Source of the DNA: Pseudomonadota bacterium
GTDB lineage: Bacteria; Bdellovibrionota_B; Oligoflexia; Oligoflexales; CAIYRB01
Length of the DNA: 64,000 nucleotides
NCBI GenBank assembly: GCA_031416315.1
Contig: JANOTL010000153.1
Location: forward strand, 32,001-96,000
Reading direction: 5' to 3'
Part shown: in pieces, positions 40,436 to 49,560 of the stretch
How the letters are laid out: each line of letters opens with the position of its first letter
Position numbering within the stretch: position 1 is the stretch's first letter
Program-made: the position numbers and the translations under genes
Notes under the pieces: generated by a model
Told to the model about the DNA's origin: nothing
Database searches by the model: none
What the model saw: only the letters and a program-made list of their open reading frames with translations

Positions 40436-41059
40436 ATGAAATTTTACGCCAAGCACGCCTTGAAACTCCTCGCCGCGCTGCTGCCCTTGACCTTCGCGTC
40501 GGCAGCGCTCGCCGATGCTCCGGGCTACGTGCGCATCCGAAACATCTCGTACGCGGGGAGTGGCTGCCCCGCCGGCACTGTGTCACAAAACGTCGCACCA
40601 GATCTTCTGGCCTTCACCCTGCTGTTCGATAGCTACATCGCGCAAATCGGGCCGGGCGTCGCCCTGTCCGAAAGCCGGAAGAACTGCCAGCTCCTCATCG
40701 ACCTCGACTTTCCATCGGGATGGTCTTACACGGTCTTCACTGCCGACTATCGGGGCTACGCTAGTTTGCAGAGTGGCGTCTCGGGCCAGCAGATCTCGAG
40801 CTACTACTTCCAAGGCCAATCGCAAACCGCGCGCCTCGGCACGAACTTCTCCGGCCCGATGACACGCGACTTCCAGATCCGCGACACTCTTGGCCTCAAC
40901 GCGTTCGTATGGTCGCCGTGCGGCGCTCAGCGCGCGCTGAACATCAACTCGCAGATTCGCCTTTCGAGCTCCAACCGGACGGCGAGCGGGCTCATCACGA
41001 CCGACTCCATCGACGGTGAGTTCAAGCACATCTACGGTATGCAGTGGCGGCGCTGCTGA
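40436..41059 (+). CDS. DUF4360 secreted protein
   Basis: Signal peptide; YAGSGCPAGT, RKNCQL, DYRG, WSPCG, LNINSQ, WRRC. Confidence 0.88.
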   Translation: MKFYAKHALKLLAALLPLTFASAALADAPGYVRIRNISYAGSGCPAGTVSQNVAPDLLAFTLLFDSYIAQIGPGVALSESRKNCQLLIDLDFPSGWSYTVFTADYRGYASLQSGVSGQQISSYYFQGQSQTARLGTNFSGPMTRDFQIRDTLGLNAFVWSPCGAQRALNINSQIRLSSSNRTASGLITTDSIDGEFKHIYGMQWRRC

Positions 41060-41069
41060 AAAACACGAA

Positions 41070-41096
41070 GGCGGAGCGAACCTAATTCGCTCCGCC
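41070..41096. terminator. Hairpin between convergent genes
   Basis: GGCGGAGCGAA-cctaa-TTCGCTCCGCC. Confidence 0.65.
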
Positions 41097-41113
41097 CGCA
41101 GAATCGACTCGGA

Positions 41114-42406
41114 TCACTCGACCGCGTCGACCGTCATCTCACCTTCACCGGCGACTTCGTCGGCGCCGATCTTGCCGTCGGCATTCCCGTCCTTGCCGAA
41201 CCGCGATTTCAGCTTCACGTTCTTGCGGATTTGCTGCCAGATCGTCTTGTTGTGACGGTGATCGACGAGGATCACGCCGGTCTCCGGGTCGATCTCGGCG
41301 GCGCCCATGTCGACGCCTTCGAACCAGCCCTTCAGGTCGAAGACGATGCCGAGCTTGTTCTCTGAGCCAGGGGTGACGCCCATGCCACCGTCGCCGGCGA
41401 GCCGCAGGTTCATTGCGGCATGCATGTCGAGGGCGAACGGCACGAGCTCGTCGCCAATCTTCACCGTGCCCTTGATCGCGAGCGCCTGACCGAACAAGGG
41501 GTCGGTGTCGGCGACATCGAAGTTCGGACGCAGCTTGAACTCGATACGACGATAGCTACCGTCTTGGAGATCGACTTTGGGCGCATCGCCCACGAGGGCG
41601 CCGGCGACGAAGTCGTAGACGTACGGGCCTGCGAATTTCATCGCGGCGTCACGACCTTTGGCCTTTTCGGAACGCTCTTTCAACTTCTGCTTGAGCATGT
41701 CTTTCTTGGCGACGAGCTTGGCCTTAACTTCACCCTTCTTGGCCTCGAGCTTGGCCTTGCCAGCATCCAGTTTCGATTTGGGCTCGTCCTTGGCGTTCGC
41801 CATGTCTTCGGGCTTTTTGCCTTCCAGAGCCATGGCGTCCGCTTCCTCAGAAGCCGCGACGATCTCGGTCGCTTCGGCCGCATCTTCTTCCAGCTCTTGC
41901 TTGCCGTTCTCTTGATCTTTCGCCGTTAGCTCCTTCGTCGGCTTGATCTTCACCGCTGCGATCGAAGCCCGGGCCCATTCGACCGAAACGCTATCGCTGA
42001 TCGCGATTGCCGGCGCGGCCACGGGGGCATCGCTCGCCGTCGTGGTCGTCATGGAGGCGTCCGGGACCCCTCCCGTCGCCGGCGCTTCCGGCTCCGCCAT
42101 CGTTTGCATCGTCGCCTCCGGCGCCGTCTCCTCGACAAGCCAGAGCGCGATCGCCGCGGCCGAGCCGAAATTGAGGCTGGTCGAGACGAGCGCTCCCGTC
42201 GAATCCGCAGGCTTGCTCTCGTCGGCGTCGGTCGCGACCTTCTGCACCGTCTTCACCGCCTTGTCGGCGGTATCCGTCTTCGACGGGTCGCCCGAGGTTT
42301 CGGTCTTCCCGGTGTCTTTGTTTTCTGCGGCGCCGTCAGTCTTGACCCCACAGCTCGTCAAAGAAACGAGAGCCAAGCCGAGCGCGATCCGTTGCGTGAG
42401 TTTCAT
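41114..42406 (-). CDS. Hypothetical lipoprotein, paralog of 43450-44622
   Basis: LTSC lipobox; Lys/Glu-rich coiled insert; shares a C-terminal domain with the paralog. Confidence 0.8.
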   Translation of the reverse strand: MKLTQRIALGLALVSLTSCGVKTDGAAENKDTGKTETSGDPSKTDTADKAVKTVQKVATDADESKPADSTGALVSTSLNFGSAAAIALWLVEETAPEATMQTMAEPEAPATGGVPDASMTTTTASDAPVAAPAIAISDSVSVEWARASIAAVKIKPTKELTAKDQENGKQELEEDAAEATEIVAASEEADAMALEGKKPEDMANAKDEPKSKLDAGKAKLEAKKGEVKAKLVAKKDMLKQKLKERSEKAKGRDAAMKFAGPYVYDFVAGALVGDAPKVDLQDGSYRRIEFKLRPNFDVADTDPLFGQALAIKGTVKIGDELVPFALDMHAAMNLRLAGDGGMGVTPGSENKLGIVFDLKGWFEGVDMGAAEIDPETGVILVDHRHNKTIWQQIRKNVKLKSRFGKDGNADGKIGADEVAGEGEMTVDAVE

Positions 42407-42447
42407 GTTTTAGCTCCTAGGGCCAACTGATGTGGTACACAGTTTCT

Positions 42448-42567
42448 ACTTCGGACAAGCTTGGAAAAACTTGAGCTTGATTAAGCGATATCAATAAAAG
42501 CAAGCTGTTGCGCTCGTCGGCACATACACGAAATTCCCCTAAAGCAATCTCCCCATCTGGCCGAAGA
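42448..42567. promoter_or_regulatory. Divergent pair of sigma28-type promoters
   Basis: Minus strand TCAA-N15-TCCGAAGT (42448-42474); plus strand TAAA-N16-GCCGAAGA (42540-42567). Confidence 0.5.
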
Positions 42568-42586
42568 TTGGGTAGGGGGAATTGAA

Positions 42587-43453
42587 TTGCCGACCGGGCT
42601 GTCCCAATCAGACCTGCTTGCAAAGACGAGCTCGAGCGTCGCGCCCAGCGGCTATCTCGACTACCGCCTGTATCTAAAGGCCGTGTTCGAGGCCGTGAAG
42701 CAGCAGCTTGGCTCCTATTCCTATAGAGCGTTCGCAGAGGACCTCGGCTTCGGCCCGACAACGGTCATGCACCAGATCGTCAGCGGCTACCGTCCGCTCA
42801 CATTGAAGGCGGCCCAGCGGGTCGCCGGGCCCCTCGGGTTGAAAAGCATTGAGCGGCGCTTCTTTCTCGCGCTCGTCGAGCATGGCAATACAAAGCTCGC
42901 CGCAAAGCGCGATGAGCTCTTCAAACGGCTCCTCGAGCTCAAGGGCGAAACGCTGGCGGAAGAGCTCGACAAGGACCGGCTGGAATACTTCAGCGCGTGG
43001 TGGCACCCGGTCATCCGCGAGCTCGTAGGCGCCCGCGGCTTTAAGGACGACCCCGATTGGATCGCGAAAAAGATCGCCCCGCGGCTGCGTCCCGAGCAAG
43101 CGAAGGAAAGCCTAGCCCTCCTGGACCGCCTCGGTCTGATCGAGCGCGACGCAGAGACCGGCAAGCTACGCCAAACCCAGAAGCGCATCTCCACGGGTCA
43201 TCGCATCAAAGGCATGGCCATCGCGGGATTTCATCGGGAGATGATCGATCTCGCTCGCGAGGCCCTGACGCGCGTTCCTGCGCAACGCCGTGACGTCAGC
43301 GCTCTGACGGTGTGTGTCGACGAAGCGACGGCGCAGCGGCTGAAGGCCATGATTCATGCCTTTCAGCTGCAGCTCCTCGACGAGGCCGAGAAGGCCACTG
43401 ACGGCGACGAAGTCTATCAAGTCAACATCCAGCTATTTCCTTTCACGGAGTGA
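42587..43453 (+). CDS. TIGR02147/DUF4423-like putative DNA-binding protein
   Basis: YLDYR.YL, YSYR.FA..LG, G.R.L, Y.S.WW...IREL, FH..MI.LA..AL, RDVS, VYQ.NIQLFP. Confidence 0.85.
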   Translation: MPTGLSQSDLLAKTSSSVAPSGYLDYRLYLKAVFEAVKQQLGSYSYRAFAEDLGFGPTTVMHQIVSGYRPLTLKAAQRVAGPLGLKSIERRFFLALVEHGNTKLAAKRDELFKRLLELKGETLAEELDKDRLEYFSAWWHPVIRELVGARGFKDDPDWIAKKIAPRLRPEQAKESLALLDRLGLIERDAETGKLRQTQKRISTGHRIKGMAIAGFHREMIDLAREALTRVPAQRRDVSALTVCVDEATAQRLKAMIHAFQLQLLDEAEKATDGDEVYQVNIQLFPFTE

Positions 43454-44622
43454 AGGCGAATACCATGCGAATCATCGCCGCAAAATTTGGCCGCATCACC
43501 TACGCGCTATTCGTGCTCGGCTTTTGGAGCTGCGGCACCCTCGTCGGCAATCCGGAAGAAGAAGACGACAAGAAGACGCAACAACCTGATCAAACGCCCG
43601 CCGGTCAGGACGTCGCGCTCGAGGCCGAACGGCCGACCGACTCGACCGGTGCCACCGGCCGCATCGGCTTGAGCCTCGCCGCCGCCGGCGGCGGCGCAGC
43701 GCTAGGCCTCGCCGACGAGCTCACGATTTCTTACGCGAAGTTCGGCGTGGCGAAGGTCAAGCTGAAGGCGACGCGGGTGGTGAGCGTGAAAGAAACCGAG
43801 ATCGCTCGCCAAGAGAACGACGCCGAGAAATCCGCGGTGATGGAGCTCGACCTGGTGGCGGGAAGCCCCACCCTGGCGCTCGCGAACCCCGACTCAGATG
43901 GCAACAAGCCGAAAGGACAGAAGCTCGATCCTAAGCCCGAAATCCCTGGCAAGCCGGGCGACGGCTCCGAGCCTGCGGGGAAAGCGCACAAGGATCGCAA
44001 GGCCGAGCGCAAAGCCAAGCTCGCCGAGAAGAAGGCGGAGCTGCATGACAAGGCCAAGGCACAATTGGACAAGGAAGCCAAAGGCGACCAAGCGACGAAG
44101 TTTGTCGGCCCCTTCATTTACGACGCGCTCCTCGGCAAGATCGAGGGCGCACTCCCCGCGGCCGAGACGACGGACGGCAGCTACCAAAGAGTCGAGTTCC
44201 AGCTCCGCCGTGACTTCGCCGTCGGCGTCGACGATCCCTTGTTCGGCAACGTCTTCGCGATCCAAGGCACCGTCATGAGGGACGGCGCTCCCGTCCCGTT
44301 CGCGGTCGAATGGAACATCGCCCTTAATTTCAGGCTGTTCGGCGACGGCGCCTTCGCCGTGGCTCCAGGCGCGGACAACACGTTGAGCATCGGCTTCGAC
44401 GTTCACAGCTGGTTCGCAGGCATCGACTGGGCGTCCGCCACGGTGGACGCCGACGGCACGATCTACGTCGACCGCAGCGCGAACCGCGAGATCATGCGTC
44501 AGGTGCATCGCAACATGAAATCCAGTACCGTCTTCGGCCGGGACCAGGACGGCGACGGCAAGCTCGGAGCGACTGAAAGCGCCGGCAAAGGCCAAGAAAC
44601 CCTTGACGTCGAAGTGCCGTGA
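43450..44622 (+). CDS. Hypothetical lipoprotein, paralog of 41114-42406
   Basis: WSCGTLVGNP; start overlaps the upstream stop; shared domain. Confidence 0.8.
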   Translation: MKANTMRIIAAKFGRITYALFVLGFWSCGTLVGNPEEEDDKKTQQPDQTPAGQDVALEAERPTDSTGATGRIGLSLAAAGGGAALGLADELTISYAKFGVAKVKLKATRVVSVKETEIARQENDAEKSAVMELDLVAGSPTLALANPDSDGNKPKGQKLDPKPEIPGKPGDGSEPAGKAHKDRKAERKAKLAEKKAELHDKAKAQLDKEAKGDQATKFVGPFIYDALLGKIEGALPAAETTDGSYQRVEFQLRRDFAVGVDDPLFGNVFAIQGTVMRDGAPVPFAVEWNIALNFRLFGDGAFAVAPGADNTLSIGFDVHSWFAGIDWASATVDADGTIYVDRSANREIMRQVHRNMKSSTVFGRDQDGDGKLGATESAGKGQETLDVEVP

Positions 44623-44645
44623 GGTCAGAGCTCTCTCTGCCTCAA

Positions 44646-44903
44646 TCACTCGACTGCATTGCGCACGAACTCGTACCGTCGCGACGACGCATCTTGAGCG
44701 ACCGGCGGCGGTAACGCATATATGGCGCAGCCACAGTGCGGATTCACGCCCGTCACGCGGCAATCGAAGTCGGACCCACAGTGGTTGACCCGAGATTGCG
44801 CCGCGATGATGGCGGCATTCTCGTCACGACAATCCGACGCTTCCTTCGCCGTCTCATCGCATCCGATGAGGGCGGCGACACTCAGAATCCAAACTCGCAT
44901 CAT
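44646..44903 (-). CDS. Small Cys-rich lipoprotein
   Basis: GAGGAG RBS; LIGC lipobox; C.S..DC and CGC. Confidence 0.55.
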   Translation of the reverse strand: MMRVWILSVAALIGCDETAKEASDCRDENAAIIAAQSRVNHCGSDFDCRVTGVNPHCGCAIYALPPPVAQDASSRRYEFVRNAVE

Positions 44904-45257
44904 GTCGCTTCTCCTCAGCGACGTCATCATCGCGAGGAGATGATCGGACCGAGGCGCAGAGGCCCGCGTCGCGACGACGCTAAAGTGTATTCTTGCGTAT
45001 TCGACCTACCGAGTCCGAAGCCCTCGGGGATCGACGGCGGCCGCGGTTTAGCCCGTCGCGTCTTTTACAAATTCGTAAGAATCGGCGTCCTCAGTCGCTG
45101 CTTGTCACTTCGAGTTCGGCACCTTACCGCCGGCCGCCTTGATACGGCGATGCGAACCCCCCCTTGAGCTTTGGCGACAAGGCCCGAAAGGCAGGAGGTT
45201 GCTCGACGGATCAACGTCGTGCGCCCGCTCTACACGAACGCAAGGAGGGCAAGGAAG

Positions 45258-45620
45258 ATGAAAGCAGCGAATCGGGTGAAGTGCATCTTGGCGGTCCTGG
45301 TCGCTGCGACGTTTCCGGCGTACGGCGGCGAGATCGAGACCTTAGACGATGCCCTCTTTCCAGCGGAGGAGGTCGACTTTTACTTCGGTGACCACTGCGA
45401 CGAACTCGAAGCACTCTCGTTCGAAGCGCTCCTTCAGCTCACCGTCGCCTCGGACGACCGCCTCCGCCAGCGCTTCTGCGCGGTGGCATCGCGCGCCGAC
45501 TGTGTCGACCGCCAGGGCGGCATCCAGGACTTTGGCACGCTCCTGCCCTCGGAAACCGTCGGCTATTGTCGCTTCGTCCCGAAGGCCGTCCGGCGCAAGG
45601 CGGACACGCTCGTATTCTAG
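45258..45620 (+). CDS. Hypothetical secreted protein
   Basis: AAGGA RBS, signal peptide, four Cys in the mature part. Confidence 0.6.
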   Translation: MKAANRVKCILAVLVAATFPAYGGEIETLDDALFPAEEVDFYFGDHCDELEALSFEALLQLTVASDDRLRQRFCAVASRADCVDRQGGIQDFGTLLPSETVGYCRFVPKAVRRKADTLVF

Positions 45621-45698
45621 CCGGCCACAGCGACGACGCCCGGCCATCCATGCCTGGAGGCTCGACCTCCGGAGTTCAACACCAAAGAAGGAAACATC

Positions 45699-46316
45699 AT
45701 GACCTCGTTCGCCGAAATCTGCGCGGCCGCCCATGGACAAACCGATGAAGCTTCCGGAGTCTTTGGCTCGTCGCGAGGCGTCGTGAAGCCGCGCGTCATG
45801 CCCCGCATCCTCCTGGTCGACGACGACCCCGTGTTCGGCAGGATCATGAAGCGCGCAGCCGCTTCCTTCGCCGCCCGGCTGGCCTTCGTGCAATCGGTCG
45901 ACGAGCTGACAGATGAGCATCTGTCAGATGTCGACGTCGCGATCATCGACTTCGATCTGGGTGCCGTCACGGGGCTCGAGCTCGCGCGATTCGTCGACGA
46001 CCGCGTTCCCATGCCCGTCGTCCTCGTCAGCACGACCGAACGCCGGCCCGATGAGCGCTGGTCGGAGAGCATCCACGACTTTCTGGTCAAGGAGTCCGGG
46101 CCCCTTGCGATCATGGACGCCGCCTTCGAGGCGCACGAAGTCGCACGGCTGCTTCGCCAAAGCCCAGGCGCCGGCAGGCGGGTGGATTTTTCGACGCAGG
46201 ACGACGGCCCCCTCGCCATCATCGACAGCGCCTTCGAAGCGGCCGAGATCGCTCGAATGGATCGTCAGATCCGCCGCAGGGCGCGGCAGACGCGGAAAAC
46301 AAGAAACAAGCGCTGA
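45699..46316 (+). CDS. Stand-alone response regulator receiver with a duplicated C-terminal helix
   Basis: RILLVDDD, DVAIIDFDLG..TG.EL, VVLVS, FLVK. Confidence 0.85.
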   Translation: MTSFAEICAAAHGQTDEASGVFGSSRGVVKPRVMPRILLVDDDPVFGRIMKRAAASFAARLAFVQSVDELTDEHLSDVDVAIIDFDLGAVTGLELARFVDDRVPMPVVLVSTTERRPDERWSESIHDFLVKESGPLAIMDAAFEAHEVARLLRQSPGAGRRVDFSTQDDGPLAIIDSAFEAAEIARMDRQIRRRARQTRKTRNKR

Positions 46317-46346
46317 AGCTCGAGCTCTGGCCTGGTTGACCCCGTC

Positions 46347-49079
46347 TCATTGAGACGAGGCGCGATCGCTGGCTAATCCCGGTATGACCTGAAGCAGCCC
46401 TTCGACCGTCGCGCGAAACGTCGCCTCGAGGTCGCCGAGCCTTTCGTCGGCGGAGTCGCGTGGCGCCGTCTCCATCTCGCGGCAGCGCTGAGCCAAACGG
46501 CTGGCACCGACGTTGGCGCAGGTTCCCTTGAGCGAGTGCGCCTGGGCGCGGAAGGCCTGGAAGTTGCCCTCCGACGCGGATTGCCGCAGGTCTCGCAACA
46601 GGTCGGCGGAGGTTGCGAAAAAGTCGTCGTATATCTCGAGGAGCAGCGCATCGTCGCCGGACTCACGCCCGACCGACACGAGGGTCTCGATGACTTCGGC
46701 ATCGAGCAACGCAGAAGGCGCGATGGTCTGCATTCCTCTCTGGGCGACGGCCCCGGGCGCGAACGCGTCGGGCAGCAGCCGGGCGAGCTCGGCCTGGAGC
46801 GTGTCGAGGCGAATCGGCTTGGTCAGGAAGCCATCCATCCCGGCGGCAAGGCAAAGCTCGCGGTCGACAGCTTGTGCGTTGGCGGTCAGCGCGATAATCG
46901 GCGTCCGTCGCCCGTTGGCCTCGGCGGCGCGAATCAAGGTCGTCGCACGGACCCCGTCGAGGACGGGCATCCGAAAGTCCATCAAGATCGCTGCGAATTC
47001 GTTCGCGGCGGCGCAGTCGACGGCTTCTTTCCCGTTCGCGACACAGACGCTCGCGAACCCGAGGTGCCCGAGAAAGCGCACGGCGACCTTCTGGTTGACC
47101 ACCATGTCTTCGGCGATCAGCACCGTTCCGGAAAAATCGGGCCGACATCGCAAGACTTGCGCCGGCGCCTCACGCCGCGGCGCCGACATCGGAAGAACGA
47201 CGGCCGTGTCGCTCGTCGCCCCGTCGACGATCCGGACGACCAAGGCGGCGACGCTCGCCAGCTGAAGTGGTGCGCCGACGACCCAAAGGAGCGGGGAGGC
47301 CGCGACTTGTACGGCCGGGTCGTCGAGGAAGCAGAGTTGGACGACCGGTCGCCCTTGCGCCAATTGCGCCTCGCGCGCCGCGAAAAGCGCCGCGTCGCTC
47401 GCGTCCGTCGTGCACAGGTCGACGATCAGCACGTCTGGCGCCTCATTCGGGACCAGCCCCGCGCGGAGGTCGATTCCGCGCTGCGCCAATTCCTCGCGCA
47501 AAAAGCGGTGGCGATGGGACGATGGGCTCAGAAGGCGCGCCGTCACGTTCCGCATCTTCGGGGTTTCGAGCGCGCTCCCCACGACGGAGGAGCTAAAGGG
47601 AAGATCGAAACGAAAGACGGAGCCCTTGCCCTCGACGCTGGTGACGCTGAGCTCGCCCTTCATGAGGTTGACGAGCCGCTTGGAGATGGAGAGTCCCAGG
47701 CCAGTGCCGCCGGTCGACGTGTCGGCGTGGGCCTGCGTGAACGGCAGAAAGAGCTCCGCGAGACCGGCGCGCGGAATGCCGATGCCCGTGTCCCGCACCT
47801 CGAACCCGAGGATGCAGAAGTTCTCGGTCGCGCTCGCGCTCGCCGTGACGTGCAGCGAGATGTCGCCGGCGAACGTGAATTTAACGGCGTTCCCCACGAG
47901 GTTCAGCAGCACCTGGCGCAGGCGGACCTGGTCGCCGCAGACGGTCGCCGGCACACCGTGACCGATCGTGCTCGTGAGGCATACGCGTTTAGCGTTCGCG
48001 GCCAGCGCGTGGATCACCAAAACCTCGCGCAGGAGATCGTCGATCTCGAACGCCTTGGTGTCGAAGACGAGCTTGCCCGCCTCGATCTTCGACATGTCGA
48101 GGATGTCGTTGATCAGAATAAGGAGATGGTCGCCCGACGTCTGGACCGTCTCGAGCTGTTCGCGCTGCTCCGCATCGAGGTTCGTCATACTGAGCAGCTG
48201 AACCATGCCGAGGATACCGTTTAGGGGCGTCCGAATCTCATGGCTCATGTTGGCGAGAAACTCGGATTTCAACTGCGAGGCGCGAACCGCGGCTTCTTCC
48301 GCCGCTTTGAGCGTCAAGGCCTGCTTCTTATAGTGCGACACGTCCCGGATCGATGCGAGGAATGCGACGCGATTCTCCCACTCGATGCGCGTCATCGCCA
48401 TCTCGGCCGTGACCGATCCACGGGCGCGGGACTCGATCGTCAGCTCGATGGGCCGCTCGGAGCCCAGCGGATAGCCGAAATAAGAGCCTAGGAGCTCGCC
48501 TTCGCGCCGGTCGAAAAGCTCGACTGCGGCCGGGTTGGCAAAGCAGACCAATCCTGCTTGGTCGACGATCAGGATGCCGTCCTGAGTGCGGCCGATCAGA
48601 TTGCGGAGGTAGCCGACCTGCTCGACGAGCTTGCGCTGCAGCGCGGTGTTCTTCGTCCGCAATGACGAGACGACGCGCTGGCGAGCACAGGCATCGGCGA
48701 TGGCGGAGTCCAGAAAGCCGAGTCCCAGCTGCTCGGGAACCAACACACCTTGAAGGCCGTTCTCGAAACATGCCTCGAGATCTGGCGGCCTCATCGACCC
48801 CACGTACAACAAAATCGCCACCGACGGCTGGCGCAACTGAACGGCCGCGATGCGCTCAAGCTCGCCACCGGGCTGCGCGACCGCATCGATCAGCGCGAGG
48901 TCGTAGCAGCGCGTCGCCAATCGCTCGAGTCCGAGCTCGAGACTCCGCGAAACGTCCAGCTCCCAGTTAGGACGCTCGGCGAGAAGTGCTTGGAGCGCGC
49001 CAATCAGCTCGACATGGCCTGATGGATTGTCACTAGTGATAACCAAAAGACGACAGACCGCTTGGCGAGCGTGATGCAC
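46347..49079 (-). CDS. Hybrid sensor kinase (pseudo-REC, PAS, HisKA, HATPase, REC, Hpt)
   Basis: FLANMSHEIRTPLNG, NLVGNAVKFT, DTGIG, GGTGLGL, ILMDFRMP..DG, AHSLKG; GTG start after AGAGGA. Confidence 0.93.
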   Translation of the reverse strand: MHHARQAVCRLLVITSDNPSGHVELIGALQALLAERPNWELDVSRSLELGLERLATRCYDLALIDAVAQPGGELERIAAVQLRQPSVAILLYVGSMRPPDLEACFENGLQGVLVPEQLGLGFLDSAIADACARQRVVSSLRTKNTALQRKLVEQVGYLRNLIGRTQDGILIVDQAGLVCFANPAAVELFDRREGELLGSYFGYPLGSERPIELTIESRARGSVTAEMAMTRIEWENRVAFLASIRDVSHYKKQALTLKAAEEAAVRASQLKSEFLANMSHEIRTPLNGILGMVQLLSMTNLDAEQREQLETVQTSGDHLLILINDILDMSKIEAGKLVFDTKAFEIDDLLREVLVIHALAANAKRVCLTSTIGHGVPATVCGDQVRLRQVLLNLVGNAVKFTFAGDISLHVTASASATENFCILGFEVRDTGIGIPRAGLAELFLPFTQAHADTSTGGTGLGLSISKRLVNLMKGELSVTSVEGKGSVFRFDLPFSSSVVGSALETPKMRNVTARLLSPSSHRHRFLREELAQRGIDLRAGLVPNEAPDVLIVDLCTTDASDAALFAAREAQLAQGRPVVQLCFLDDPAVQVAASPLLWVVGAPLQLASVAALVVRIVDGATSDTAVVLPMSAPRREAPAQVLRCRPDFSGTVLIAEDMVVNQKVAVRFLGHLGFASVCVANGKEAVDCAAANEFAAILMDFRMPVLDGVRATTLIRAAEANGRRTPIIALTANAQAVDRELCLAAGMDGFLTKPIRLDTLQAELARLLPDAFAPGAVAQRGMQTIAPSALLDAEVIETLVSVGRESGDDALLLEIYDDFFATSADLLRDLRQSASEGNFQAFRAQAHSLKGTCANVGASRLAQRCREMETAPRDSADERLGDLEATFRATVEGLLQVIPGLASDRASSQ

Positions 49080-49228
49080 GGTCGTGGTTCCTCTGGCCGT
49101 TGGCGGAGTTTGCAACAACATTACCACGGGGGCCGCCTGCTGGACTAGTAGTGGAACCCCTATCCCCCTAGACTCAACGGATACCGATCGCAAAAATTCC
49201 GAATCGTTCGCGGCTTAGGAGATTCGCA

Positions 49229-49534
49229 GTGAATGACAATCCCTACGTGCTCCGCCTGTACGTCGCAGGAAAAAGCCACATCTCGCAGAATGCGATCGCG
49301 TCCTTGCAGCGCATTTGCGCCGACGACCTCTCCGACGACTACGTCATCGAGGTCATCGACGTACTCGAAAGGCCGCAGCTGGCCGAAGACGAGCAGATCG
49401 TCGCGACGCCGACGCTGATCAAGCGTCTTCCTCCCCCCTTGCGCCGCATCATCGGCGATTTGAGCGATCGAGAGCAGGTGCTCATCGGTCTCGACTTGAA
49501 GCGCTCGCAGCTACCCCCAACTCCCCCGTTGTGA
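49229..49534 (+). CDS. kaiB: Circadian clock protein KaiB
   Basis: YVLRLYVAG, EVIDV...PQLAE...I.ATPTL.K.LPPP.RRIIGDLSD. Confidence 0.96.
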   Translation: MNDNPYVLRLYVAGKSHISQNAIASLQRICADDLSDDYVIEVIDVLERPQLAEDEQIVATPTLIKRLPPPLRRIIGDLSDREQVLIGLDLKRSQLPPTPPL

Positions 49535-49560
49535 CAAACGGTGGCAACACGGAGACGGCC

